Positions 17,608 through 27,241 of a stretch of DNA of 34,584 bases are shown piece by piece. Made by a program: the position numbers and the translations under genes. Source of the DNA: Pseudobacteriovorax sp. GTDB lineage: Bacteria > Bdellovibrionota_B > Oligoflexia > Oligoflexales > Oligoflexaceae. The DNA lies in NCBI GenBank assembly GCA_050293845.1, contig JBNKNM010000041.1, positions 1 through 34,584 of the forward strand, read 5' to 3'. The notes below the pieces were generated by a model. The model was not told where the DNA came from. It was given only the letters and a program-made list of their open reading frames with translations, and ran no database searches. Every line of letters starts with the position of its first letter. Within the stretch, counting starts at the first letter, position 1.

Positions 17608-19578
17608 ATGCCCTATCGAAGAAATTTTCCAACATGGACAAGTTCCTTTTGTCTGCTGATTCCTTTAAGCTTTGCTACCCCTAACACTGGAATCTCTGCA
17701 CCTGAAGACTGGCCTCATATAACGAGTGAAATTCAGAAAGATCCTGCCATCGAACAACAGGTTCAAGGGATGTTAGCAAGGATGAGTCTCGACGAAAAAA
17801 TCGGACAGATGGTGCAAGCTGAAATTCAAGAAGTAAGCCCTGCTGAAGTGCGCGAGTATCACCTTGGTTCTGTATTGAGCGGAGGTGGTTCTTATCCCCA
17901 TGCCAACAAATATGCAAATGTAGAAGATTGGCTACGATTAGCGGACCAGTACTGGGACGCTTCCATGGATGAGTCTGATGGTAAGGTTGCGATTCCCATC
18001 ATCTGGGGCATCGATGCGGTTCATGGTCATAGTAATGTAATCGGAGCTACCCTTTTCCCCCACAATATCGGCCTTGGAGCAGCCCGAGACCCTCAGTTAC
18101 TTTATAAAATCGGCAGAGTCACTGCTCGTGAGGTTTTAGCAACAGGTATTGATTGGACCTTTGGACCAACACTAGCCGTGGTACGCGATGACCGCTGGGG
18201 ACGCAGCTATGAGGGATACACCGAGTTCGCCGCGTTTTCAGCAGATTATGCTTATGCCATAGTAAGGGGTCTTCAGGGACGCTTGAGAGAACAAAATATT
18301 CTTGCTACAGCCAAGCATTTTCTGGGTGATGGAGGAACACAAAATGGAGATGACCAGGGCAACACCATTCTCAGTGAGTCCGATTTGCTCACGATTCACG
18401 CTAATGGCTACTTTGGTGCTATTAAAGCTGGTGTGCAAACCATTATGGTGTCCTTCAGCAGCTGGAATGGCAAAAAAATACATGGGAGTAAATACCTCAT
18501 TAACGAGATTCTCAAGAATCGTATGGGATTTGATGGCCTCGTCGTATCGGATTGGAATGGTATCGGTCAAGTGGAAGGCTGTAATAATGGTAGCTGTGCA
18601 CAGGCTGTCAATGCAGGAATAGACTTATTTATGATCCCATATCGATCTGATTGGAAGGCTTTTATCGCTAATACCAAGTCCCAGGTCTTAGCTGGCCAAA
18701 TTCCATTGACACGAATCAATGATGCTGTGAGGCGTATTCTCCGGGTTAAACTACGCATGGGAGCCCTGACCACTAAGAGACCATCTTCCCGCCCCCTAGC
18801 CGGTTCTAGCGAACTCTTAGGGGCACCAGAACATCGGGACGTCGCCCGCGAAGCCGTTCGCAAATCTCTAGTACTACTCAAAAATAACGCCCATCTTTTG
18901 CCTTTAAAGCGTGACTTACGGGTCTTTGTAGCCGGGAAAAGCGCAAACAGTCCAGCTAACCAAAATGGCGGATGGACGATCACTTGGCAAGGAACAGGAA
19001 ATCTGCCTTCGGATTATCGAGGGACCACGACGATTCTTTCAGGAATCCAGCAAGCAGCTTCCCAGGTGACTTACTCTGCAAATGGCCAGGGTGCCAACCC
19101 CCAAGCTCACGATGTCGCCATAGTGGTCATCGGCGAAACTCCATACGCGGAAGGCTATGGTGATATCGATACCGACGCCACTTTAGAACATGCCCGACTC
19201 TATCCAGAGGATCTTGAGGTCCTAAAAAGAGTTCATAGTCAGGGCGTTCCCATCGTAACTGTATTTGTTTCAGGCAGACCCCTTTATACCAATAAGGAAA
19301 TTAATCTGTCTCAGTCTTTTGTAGCTGCTTGGCTTCCCGGTAGTGAAGGCGGCGGTATCGCCGATGTTCTGTTTCAAAAATCGGGAGGAGGTGTTAATTT
19401 TGACTTTACAGGCCGCCTGTCATTCTCTTGGCCTAAGGAACCTTGCCAGGTGCCTTTAAACGTGGCAACAGTGGGATATGATCCGCTATTCCCTTACGAT
19501 TATGGGCTTTCCTACGATCATAGCATCAACGTTCCTGTTCTCCCCACACCAACCCAATCCCAAGGTTGCGGTGAATAA
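17608..19578 (+). CDS. Glycoside hydrolase family 3 beta-glucosidase / glucan exohydrolase, secreted
   Basis: Signal peptide; EKIGQM, GIDAVHG, FPHNIGLGA, RWGRSYE, AKHF, VSDW (nucleophile Asp), SLVLLKN, GETPYAEG, AAWLPGSEG, PLFPYDYGL. Confidence 0.95.
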   Translation: MPYRRNFPTWTSSFCLLIPLSFATPNTGISAPEDWPHITSEIQKDPAIEQQVQGMLARMSLDEKIGQMVQAEIQEVSPAEVREYHLGSVLSGGGSYPHANKYANVEDWLRLADQYWDASMDESDGKVAIPIIWGIDAVHGHSNVIGATLFPHNIGLGAARDPQLLYKIGRVTAREVLATGIDWTFGPTLAVVRDDRWGRSYEGYTEFAAFSADYAYAIVRGLQGRLREQNILATAKHFLGDGGTQNGDDQGNTILSESDLLTIHANGYFGAIKAGVQTIMVSFSSWNGKKIHGSKYLINEILKNRMGFDGLVVSDWNGIGQVEGCNNGSCAQAVNAGIDLFMIPYRSDWKAFIANTKSQVLAGQIPLTRINDAVRRILRVKLRMGALTTKRPSSRPLAGSSELLGAPEHRDVAREAVRKSLVLLKNNAHLLPLKRDLRVFVAGKSANSPANQNGGWTITWQGTGNLPSDYRGTTTILSGIQQAASQVTYSANGQGANPQAHDVAIVVIGETPYAEGYGDIDTDATLEHARLYPEDLEVLKRVHSQGVPIVTVFVSGRPLYTNKEINLSQSFVAAWLPGSEGGGIADVLFQKSGGGVNFDFTGRLSFSWPKEPCQVPLNVATVGYDPLFPYDYGLSYDHSINVPVLPTPTQSQGCGE

Positions 19579-19601
19579 GCTCACAGCTACTTTAGACTCG
19601 A

Positions 19602-19630
19602 CCTCAGGCTTTTTATTCATAAGCCTGAGG
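19602..19630. terminator. Probable bidirectional terminator hairpin
   Basis: Perfect 10-bp inverted repeat CCTCAGGCTT-N9-AAGCCTGAGG between convergent genes. Confidence 0.7.
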
Positions 19631-19669
19631 TACACAGAAGGAAAAAGTAGTCATTTTAACTGCCAGAAG

Positions 19670-21310
19670 TCAGGGGGAGCTGTTTTGGGTATCACCCATA
19701 GCATCAAGAATCATAAGGTCTTCCGCAGTATCGACATCAAAGTCGATACCCCAGAGATCAACATAGCTAATTGATGCTTCAGCTAAGATGATACTCTTGC
19801 ATCCTCGATCTCCTTGCAAACTATCAATATTACGCTTCTGACTACTAGCAAACACAGCCGGCACCCCTACAGTTGTTGCTGTCTGACTAGCTGTAATCTC
19901 GGTCTGAGAGCTACGAGCCTTAGTCACCAAAGCCTGTAAATGATCCAGTGTGACTAAGGGCTGATCAGCCAGAAGAAAAAGGACAGAGTGCTCTGTACGA
20001 TGTTGCTTATGGGGTATAGCTGCCTTAAAACCTGCTTTGATAGAACTCGATAATCCTTTTGACCAGCTGGGATTATATACGATAACCTCTTGCTCAGTCA
20101 GCTCTTGGCTGATTTCTTCACTAGCGGAACCAATGACCACATAAACCCCTTGATTAGCAACTTGATGGCCTAAATCAACCGCATGGCGTAGGAGAGTCTT
20201 ACCGCGAAATTTTACCAGCTGCTTGGGGTAACCCAAACGTTTACTTGCTCCTGCAGCTAGGATCACAACGGAAATCTTCTTATGCTTTCTCGGGATAAGG
20301 CAGGATCGCTGCTGGCAAGCCTGTATTTCACTAACAATAGACAAGGCAATTTCACTTGGTAATCGCCCCCCAACAGGTAAACCTACGGGCGAAAACAAAC
20401 GTCCCTCAAGCTGTTTGGCAATATCGGGATCATCGCCGTTGATGTCAATTAGCAATGCGTCGCGTCGGTGACCGGGACCTAATAAACCGATGTATGGAAT
20501 GCTTTTTTTACCTGCCATTTCTTTGAGCAAGTACCGATCAAAGCCAAAATTATGAGTCATAATTATTACATATTGACAGGAGTCGTCCGGAATCATCTCC
20601 ATCTGAGCATCTAAAGGCGCCACAAGCGCACGCACACCTTCTGGCCAGGTCGTGGCTGAAATCTTCATGTCACTACGATCGACGACACAAGTTCGCCAAC
20701 CCAGACTTGCACACAGTTTCGCTAGAGGAAGAGCATCCGTTCCGGCCCCTAATATGGTAATTTGTTTTTCTTGTTGTAGGACTTCATTCAAAACCATGAG
20801 CCCTTGCCTCAAAAGATTTTCCGGGTTTACAGAGCAGGGAAATCCATCGGTTATATACCACTGGCCTTGGTTGTAGAAAGCACGATCGAGCTGATGCTTC
20901 CCAGGGTTATACACTGTTATGATACGTGTTACTTCTGTTTGAAAACCTAACAAAATTTCTAGCCACCGGCAGGACCCCCGGTCGGTAAAGTGAATTGGTT
21001 CAAACACTAGGGTCAATACCCCTTTACAACCTAAACCATAGCCAAAGACATGGGAATCCTCGCGGGTATCTATGGTCCAGAAGCAACACTTTTGTTCATG
21101 CCAGGCTTTTAGTGATCGGTGCACAATCTCCGGTTCAAGGCACCCCCCACTGATGAGACCAACGCTGCTACCATCTAAAGCCACCAAAATTTTAGCTCCT
21201 GCTTTTTGATAGGTAGATCCTTCTGTAGAAAACAACAGAACTAAAACTAAACCTTCATCATTTTTAATGTGGTGGCGATAAAAGTCGATGGCACTCTGTT
21301 TTTCTATCAA
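19670..21310 (-). CDS. XdhC/CoxI Moco chaperone fused to a MocA-like nucleotidyltransferase
   Basis: N-terminal part: GSTYQKAGA, GLISGGCLE, GLGCKG, MTHNF..D, YIGLLGP..R, SPVGL..GG..P.EIALSI. C-terminal part: VILAAGASKRLGYPKQL, GLSSSI, LADQP, GDRG, DVDTAED. Confidence 0.9.
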   Translation of the reverse strand: MIEKQSAIDFYRHHIKNDEGLVLVLLFSTEGSTYQKAGAKILVALDGSSVGLISGGCLEPEIVHRSLKAWHEQKCCFWTIDTREDSHVFGYGLGCKGVLTLVFEPIHFTDRGSCRWLEILLGFQTEVTRIITVYNPGKHQLDRAFYNQGQWYITDGFPCSVNPENLLRQGLMVLNEVLQQEKQITILGAGTDALPLAKLCASLGWRTCVVDRSDMKISATTWPEGVRALVAPLDAQMEMIPDDSCQYVIIMTHNFGFDRYLLKEMAGKKSIPYIGLLGPGHRRDALLIDINGDDPDIAKQLEGRLFSPVGLPVGGRLPSEIALSIVSEIQACQQRSCLIPRKHKKISVVILAAGASKRLGYPKQLVKFRGKTLLRHAVDLGHQVANQGVYVVIGSASEEISQELTEQEVIVYNPSWSKGLSSSIKAGFKAAIPHKQHRTEHSVLFLLADQPLVTLDHLQALVTKARSSQTEITASQTATTVGVPAVFASSQKRNIDSLQGDRGCKSIILAEASISYVDLWGIDFDVDTAEDLMILDAMGDTQNSSP

Positions 21311-21470
21311 TGAACATTCCCCAGGCTTATGGAAGATATGTAATATTTTGTTACACCCCTAGACAGACTGCCATTTTCGCATTAAGCAACTTCGACGATA
21401 ATTTGTCAATTGCTACAACAAAGGCTATGTATAATAATCATGAAATGACCAACTCTACAAGTGGTGGATT

Positions 21471-21950
21471 ATGATAAAGCAACATACAATTACTATTAAT
21501 CAGCAAGAGTATCGCGTCGAGGTTCCTGATGAAATGCCTTTATTATGGGTTATCCGTGATGTTTTGAACCTCAAAGGTACAAAGTTTGGTTGCGGCAAAG
21601 GTTTATGCGGCTCCTGCACCGTCCACCTGAATGGCGCAGCCATTCGCAGCTGTTCAACCCCCATATCAAGTGCTGCTGGCGCTAAAATAACAACGATTGA
21701 AGGCTTAAGCGAACAAGGAGATCATCCGCTACAAACGGCCTGGCAAGAACTGAGTGTTCCCCAATGTGGTTACTGTCAATCCGGTCAAATAATGAATGCC
21801 GCAGCTCTCTTAAAAAGTAATCAACGACCCACAGAGCAAGATATCGATAATGCTATGGCTGGAAATATTTGTCGGTGTGGAACATATTCCCGTATCAAAA
21901 AAGGAATTCTAAAGGCAAGTGGCCAATTGTTGCAGGAGGATAAATCATGA
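21471..21950 (+). CDS. iorA: (2Fe-2S) small subunit of an isoquinoline 1-oxidoreductase-type molybdoenzyme
   Basis: [16 protein letters not shown]...[22 protein letters not shown]. Confidence 0.9.
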   Translation: MIKQHTITINQQEYRVEVPDEMPLLWVIRDVLNLKGTKFGCGKGLCGSCTVHLNGAAIRSCSTPISSAAGAKITTIEGLSEQGDHPLQTAWQELSVPQCGYCQSGQIMNAAALLKSNQRPTEQDIDNAMAGNICRCGTYSRIKKGILKASGQLLQEDKS

Positions 21951-24121
21951 GCCTAGAAATAAACCGTAGGGATCTGATCCAGAAAATTACGATGACAGGA
22001 TGCTTGGCCCTTTGCAGCCAAGCCCAGGGCTCAGCAGCAAGTATCTTGGCAAACTTGGGAAGTCAAAAACCCGATGAGTTTGTCCCAAATCTGTTCCTAA
22101 AGATCTCCAGCCATGGCCCCATAGAACTTGTTTGCCACCGTTCTGAAATGGGTCAGGGAATTCGTACTGGCATACCGATGTTGATCGCCGAAGAGCTGGA
22201 GGTCTCCCTCGATCATGTAAAAATCCAGCAAGCCTTAGGAGACAAAAAATACGGTGATCAAAATACTGACGGCAGCCGCAGCATACGTACCAATTACACG
22301 CGCATGAGGCAAATGGGGGCCACAGCAAGGGAGATGTTGGAGCAAGCAGCTGCCCTTCACTGGAAGGTTTCTCGGGCTGAATGTTTCGCCAAAGAAGGTC
22401 GTATTTTTCATCGCGGTTCAAAGAAATCCCTGAGCTACCAAGAGCTTGCTACAAAAGCGGCTCAGTTAAAAGTTCCCCAAGACGTAAAACTTAAAAATCC
22501 TAAAGATTTTAAACTGATTGGTAAAAAGGTTCCTGCAGTGGACCGAAAAGCATTTGTGACAGGTAGCGCTGTCTATGGTATGGATATCAACCTAGATGGT
22601 ATGGTTTATGCTGCCCTCCAACGTAGCCCCACCCTTGATGGTAAAGTGGAAAATATTGATGCGACAGAGTCGAAAAAACAAGCCGGATTCATAGCTGTCC
22701 TTGAGTTGAATGGTCAACCCCAACCTTTAAATACAGCGGCCTCTGTAGCCGTTATTGCTACCAATAGCTGGGCGGCTATGGAAGCCGCTAAAAAATTAAA
22801 AGTATCGTGGAAACCCGGCCCCTACGGCAAAACTAGCTATCAACAATACCAAAAAAGACTAAAAGAAGCTGGCAAAGAAGGTTTTGAAACTCACCTTGCC
22901 AAAGGTCAGAAAAGCCGAAGAAAGGCTATGTACAATATAAGCAAGGAGTTTTCCGCGCCCTTTTTAGTCCATGCCCCTATGGAGCCTTTAGTGGCAACGG
23001 CTTCCCCAACGAAGCGTGGGGGATTTGAAATTTGGGCTCCTACCCAAGACCCGCAAAGATTACGAGCTAGTGCTGCTAGTGTACTTGGTATAGACGAATC
23101 AAAGGTAAAAGTTAATGTTACATTTTTGGGTGGTGGATTTGGCAGGAAATCTCAACCTGATTTCGTCATAGAGGCAGTGCTTGTAGCAAAACGGTTAAAC
23201 AAACCTGTTAAGCTTGTGTGGAGCCGCGAAGATGAAATCAAGCACGGCCTTTATCATGCAGCTTCTTGGCAAAAAATCTCCGCGTCCCTCGATAAGCAGG
23301 GAAACATTCTAGAGTGGAGACATGATACGGTCTTTCCCACTATTATGAGCGTGTTTCAGCCTGGAGCTAACAGTCCCCAAAAGTTCGAAGTCGGTATGGG
23401 AGCCAGCAACATGCCCTATCGTGCCAGCAAGATACTGGTGCGAGCAGGTAAGATTGACTCCCCTCTTCGCGTTGCTTGGCTGAGATCTGTCTGCAATATA
23501 TTCCACGCCATGGCAGTCAATAACTTTATGGATGAAGCTGCTAGCCAAGTCAAACAAGATCCCATTGATTTTCGCTTGCAAGCCCTTGGTAAACCAAGAA
23601 AAATCGATTATCAAGATACGGGCCGTATGATACAGGTTATCAAACGTTGTCGGGAGCTTGCCCTTTGGAATCAGCGCAAGAAAAAAGGGGCTGCGCTAGG
23701 ATTTGCCAATCACTATAGTTTTCAAAGTTATGTTGCTATGGTGGTGGAAGTTGAAAAACGAAGCGACGAGATCCTGGTGAAGCAAATTGATGTTGTGGCA
23801 GATGTTGGTCAAATTGTACACAAAGAAGCTGTTCTATCTCAATTCGAAGGTGCCGCCATCTTTGGTTTATCTTCTGCTCTCTACGGAAATATTGACTTTA
23901 AAAATGGAGCTGTGGTTCAAAGTAATTTTGACTCCTACCCTGTAATGAGAATGAATCGCAGTCCTCGTATTAATGTAGATTTTGTGGAAAGCAACTTACC
24001 TCCTGAAGGAGTTGGTGAACCTGGTACACCTCCCGTTGCACCAGCAGTTATCGCTGCTATTAAGGAGCTTACAGGCAAATTCATTACAGAGCTTCCCATT
24101 AGCAAGCATTTTAACGTTTAA
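21947..24121 (+). CDS. iorB: Molybdopterin-binding large subunit, isoquinoline 1-oxidoreductase beta type
   Basis: Tat-like [64 protein letters not shown] overlap with iorA. True substrate unknown. Confidence 0.88.
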   Translation: MSLEINRRDLIQKITMTGCLALCSQAQGSAASILANLGSQKPDEFVPNLFLKISSHGPIELVCHRSEMGQGIRTGIPMLIAEELEVSLDHVKIQQALGDKKYGDQNTDGSRSIRTNYTRMRQMGATAREMLEQAAALHWKVSRAECFAKEGRIFHRGSKKSLSYQELATKAAQLKVPQDVKLKNPKDFKLIGKKVPAVDRKAFVTGSAVYGMDINLDGMVYAALQRSPTLDGKVENIDATESKKQAGFIAVLELNGQPQPLNTAASVAVIATNSWAAMEAAKKLKVSWKPGPYGKTSYQQYQKRLKEAGKEGFETHLAKGQKSRRKAMYNISKEFSAPFLVHAPMEPLVATASPTKRGGFEIWAPTQDPQRLRASAASVLGIDESKVKVNVTFLGGGFGRKSQPDFVIEAVLVAKRLNKPVKLVWSREDEIKHGLYHAASWQKISASLDKQGNILEWRHDTVFPTIMSVFQPGANSPQKFEVGMGASNMPYRASKILVRAGKIDSPLRVAWLRSVCNIFHAMAVNNFMDEAASQVKQDPIDFRLQALGKPRKIDYQDTGRMIQVIKRCRELALWNQRKKKGAALGFANHYSFQSYVAMVVEVEKRSDEILVKQIDVVADVGQIVHKEAVLSQFEGAAIFGLSSALYGNIDFKNGAVVQSNFDSYPVMRMNRSPRINVDFVESNLPPEGVGEPGTPPVAPAVIAAIKELTGKFITELPISKHFNV

Positions 24122-24145
24122 GAGTCAGTCCTACCGTGTTATTGA

Positions 24146-24170
24146 GGAAGGCGGCGGCCTTCCATTTCTT
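24146..24170 (+). terminator. Intrinsic terminator after iorB
   Basis: GGAAGGC-GGCG-GCCTTCC followed by ATTTCTT. Confidence 0.65.
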
Positions 24171-24343
24171 CCTACAGCACTAGTCCATAGTCGTTATTTT
24201 TTGTACTTTTTTTATGTAAAAATAAATAATGATACCAATATATCTATCTATATTTACTATATTTTTAGGATTGCCTTTTATACATTTTAGAACTCTCCGA
24301 TAGAGTAACTAAGATTTCTAAAACCAATGACTCGAGGAGACCC

Positions 24344-24994
24344 ATGCTCATGAGAAGTATATTGCCTTTTATATTTTTAGTAGTCCTAGCTTGCGAAAAA
24401 CAGGGCTTTCGTCCAAATGGCCTGAACAATATTGCAGGACAATTTAGCGAGAACCAAGCACCTGAACCAACCAACGAACCAAAAGAGTCCTATCCCCCAA
24501 CAACGGAATCTCCTGTAGTTTCAGTAGATATCAATGTAGAGGAAGAAAACTTTGAAGAGGACGATAGCGACGACAGGAATCAAGAAGATGATAAAGACAT
24601 CGATACCGGTCTAGCTGATAAGTTCATGTGCAGCAACGACTTTGATGGCAAACAGGCGGTTAAGATCACAGGTAATCAAACAGAGCAAAACCTTACTCCT
24701 GATGATTATTTAAAAGCTAAGGTTGCGGGAAACAAGTCGGTGATAAATATTACGATCTCTGGAGAAGACGAAGCAACTATGTCTGGACTATGCCTATTTT
24801 TAACTGGCAACGAAGCTACAGCCAATATCTATGCGAAAACCAATGTGGGAGTGATTGAGATTCACACTGCAGGAAATAAGGCTAAAGTCAATCTTCAGAT
24901 CGAAGATGACTACGAACTGAAGTTGTTAAAGCTTGACCAAAGGGGAAATAGTATTGATGTTACTACTGAAGGAAACATTTTAAACCAAATCTAA
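24344..24994 (+). CDS. Hypothetical lipoprotein with acidic linker and repeated GN motifs
   Basis: Lipobox VLAC, GAGGAG RBS, repeats ITGNQ / VAGNK / LTGNE / TAGNK / QRGNS. Confidence 0.75.
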   Translation: MLMRSILPFIFLVVLACEKQGFRPNGLNNIAGQFSENQAPEPTNEPKESYPPTTESPVVSVDINVEEENFEEDDSDDRNQEDDKDIDTGLADKFMCSNDFDGKQAVKITGNQTEQNLTPDDYLKAKVAGNKSVINITISGEDEATMSGLCLFLTGNEATANIYAKTNVGVIEIHTAGNKAKVNLQIEDDYELKLLKLDQRGNSIDVTTEGNILNQI

Positions 24995-25117
24995 AAAAGG
25001 CCGTTGACAAGAAAAGGCTTTTATTTACAGGCCTTTCCTAATTGTTTTGTCACTCCAAACGAGCCTAGAAACTTTGTAAAATTTATCTTCTAGCTGAGAG
25101 CAGAACATCAAATGCTC

Positions 25118-25270
25118 GTGAACTAGCCGGCCCTAAAGGACCGAGCTTCCCATAAAACGAGCATGACCCATCCACTGGCTTAAAACCAGCCTTTGCTGAC
25201 TTATTGGATGTGCTGGCAACCCAATACCCCATTAACATTTTATTTTGCTCCTATCTTGCAATCAAGATAC
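25118..25270 (-). mobile_element. Right end of an IS200/IS605-family element with omegaRNA-like hairpins; no intact tnpA/tnpB
   Basis: Minus strand reads GG-GAAG-CTCGGTCC-TTTA-GGGCCGG-CTAGT-TCAC|. Guide GAAG predicts TCAC under the IS608 rule, as observed. It shares plus-strand CCGGCCCTAAAG with the end at 35-46. Further stems at about 25175-25189, 25202-25226 and 25252-25269. The boundary at 25270 is uncertain. Confidence 0.75.
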
Positions 25271-25575
25271 TGAGTAATTTGAAGATTTCAACCGGAATAG
25301 GTCGCTTTCGGCAATTTTAGGAACAAAATTTTTGACCAGGCTTTTATTGATGCTACTGAGTTAGATCTATCAATTACATTAAAACTGTTTTCACTAAAAA
25401 TGTTGACTAAAAATCACTCATAGTCAAAGAGGCATATGACTCCCTTTGCAGCTTTTAACACGAATCTAATTTATCTGGAATTTGGCTAAGTGATCGTTAT
25501 AATAGACACAAAGTCAGCAAATCTATTTGGAATATGAATTGCTTATGGATTTAGGATTATTTAGAGGAAATTTCT

Positions 25576-26031
25576 ATGAAAAAAATAGCCGCTCCATTCC
25601 AAATCGGAATTGATCACATTGATGACGCCCACCAGCACCTTTATTCATTATTATCCAGAATACGCGAACTTTATTATGATAACTCTCTATTAGCCGATGA
25701 GAAAAACAAAAAAACACGATACATCTTGAACCGCCTATTGGATTATACCGTAACCCATTTTGTCGAAGAAGAATATCTCATGGAGCTTTATCGCTCACCT
25801 GGGCGTCACGCCCATAAACGAGCACACCGGAAAATGGAAAAACTTATGATCGATCAATATAGGTCTTTTCAAAAAGAAGGAATCGCAATTCTTCCCCAAC
25901 TTATGGAAATCGTAGGAAACTGGTGGAATCACCATATTCTAACTTTAGATCAAGTTGATCTTGAATCAGTACCCCACAATGAACCTGCCGTGGAAACTAG
26001 TAGCGTTACATCACTAGAAACTCCAGCTTAA
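25576..26031 (+). CDS. Single-domain bacteriohemerythrin
   Basis: IGIDHIDDAH, HFVEEEYLM, HKRAH and HHILTLD supply the H..HxxxE..HxxxH..HxxxxD di-iron ligand set. Confidence 0.92.
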   Translation: MKKIAAPFQIGIDHIDDAHQHLYSLLSRIRELYYDNSLLADEKNKKTRYILNRLLDYTVTHFVEEEYLMELYRSPGRHAHKRAHRKMEKLMIDQYRSFQKEGIAILPQLMEIVGNWWNHHILTLDQVDLESVPHNEPAVETSSVTSLETPA

Positions 26032-26412
26032 GTGCCGTCATTTCAAAATTTTTGTTTAGAGGGTTTAACATTCTTCAAGCTTCTTTTTGGGCACTGTGCA
26101 AACTCTTATAACATAAAATACCTTTATCAGCGTCAAAAGTAAATTTCATGATAAATTTAGGTGATTGCAAAAACACCTATAAACATACTCGGAATGTTTT
26201 GCATCTAGTAAAAAAAATCCATCATTTCAACTAAGTATATTCCATGGTGTATTTATTTACTAAAAAAAACGTACTAACTTTCAGTATAAAAACTTCTGTT
26301 TAATTTTAAATAAACCATAATTTTCCCTAAGAAATAGGGTGGTGTTATTTTGATGATTCACACTTAAAAATGATTGATCTATTCTAGGAATGACTTTTGA
26401 GAAGGAATTAAA

Positions 26413-26619
26413 ATGAAATTTATCATTATAAGTTTAAGTACAGCTGCAATACTTTTATCTTCTAATGCGTTGTTTGCCAGTGATACTAAATTTTTTGCCG
26501 GCACATCCTGTGTAGGAGATACACTGGAAAGTAGTAGTGGAATCAGCTATAGCTGGGGAGTAAGAGCCGAGAACATGGCTTCTAAAAAGAAAGTAGCGGC
26601 ACTGACTTCTTCCTTTTAA
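26413..26619 (+). pseudogene. Short secreted protein, probably 3'-truncated
   Basis: AAGGA RBS and a clear signal peptide (ALFA-SD), a single Cys, and an end after 68 aa that abuts an opposite-strand fragment. Confidence 0.5.
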
Positions 26620-26620
26620 C

Positions 26621-26710
26621 CTATCTGAACGTTCCAGAATAGTTGTCATGCCATGATTGAACATGGGTGCTAGCAATTTTGGCAATATCATCTACAGTAG
26701 CCAACGGCAT
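26621..26710 (-). pseudogene. N-terminal fragment of a GNAT acetyltransferase
   Basis: Manual translation MPLATVDDIAKIASTHVQSWHDNYSGTFR* resembles the GNAT start IR.AT.DD...IA..HV.SW...Y.G. Confidence 0.6.
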
Positions 26711-26917
26711 ACCAACTTGTATCGCTTTTTATAGATAATTAATGAAATTTATTACACTTATATAGGTCGATACTTTTATCGACTTGTATGGACCTGTATT
26801 TTGGTTGATCATAGTTCTAGTTAGCGTGACGTCATAGTAGCTATATCTATTAAGAGCATGGCAAAGAGGCTATTTGTACAATCCAAATCTACTTGGATAA
26901 AACTGGAGGATCTGCAT

Positions 26918-27241
26918 ATGGAAATAATTTCTGGGCAAAGTGAATTTTCTTCGAAGATTTTAAATCATTCCGGTTTCAGTCTAGTTGATTTTTGGGGTCC
27001 AAACTGCGCCCCTTGCATTGGTTTAAGTAAGAAAATAAAAGAATTAGAATCTAAATATCCTGAACTAAGTTTTTTCAGTGTTAATGCTGAAGAAGAGCTG
27101 GAAATCGCAGCAGATCTTGGTGTCAGAGGGCTTCCCACTCTGATTTTTTTTAGAGACGGTAAGGAATACGATAGACTAATTGGCAATATCAAAGAGTTTG
27201 GGCTCATTTCAAAAATTGAGCATGTCCTTAAATCACTTTAA
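26918..27241 (+). CDS. Thioredoxin family protein
   Basis: LVDFWGPNCAPC, GVRGLPTLIFFRDGKE. ATG 26918 after GGAGG gives a normal 107 aa length. Confidence 0.9.
   Translation: MEIISGQSEFSSKILNHSGFSLVDFWGPNCAPCIGLSKKIKELESKYPELSFFSVNAEEELEIAADLGVRGLPTLIFFRDGKEYDRLIGNIKEFGLISKIEHVLKSL

Noticed and set aside
25083..25238. 51-aa minus-strand ORF with AGGAG upstream
   Set aside because: It runs through the IS end hairpins into the flank and has no protein-like motif.
26780..26917. Possible decayed thioredoxin reductase C-terminus (RDVIVAI...EHGKEAICTIQIYLDK) before the thioredoxin
   Set aside because: It needs several frameshifts and a stop, and the similarity is too weak to support without a search.
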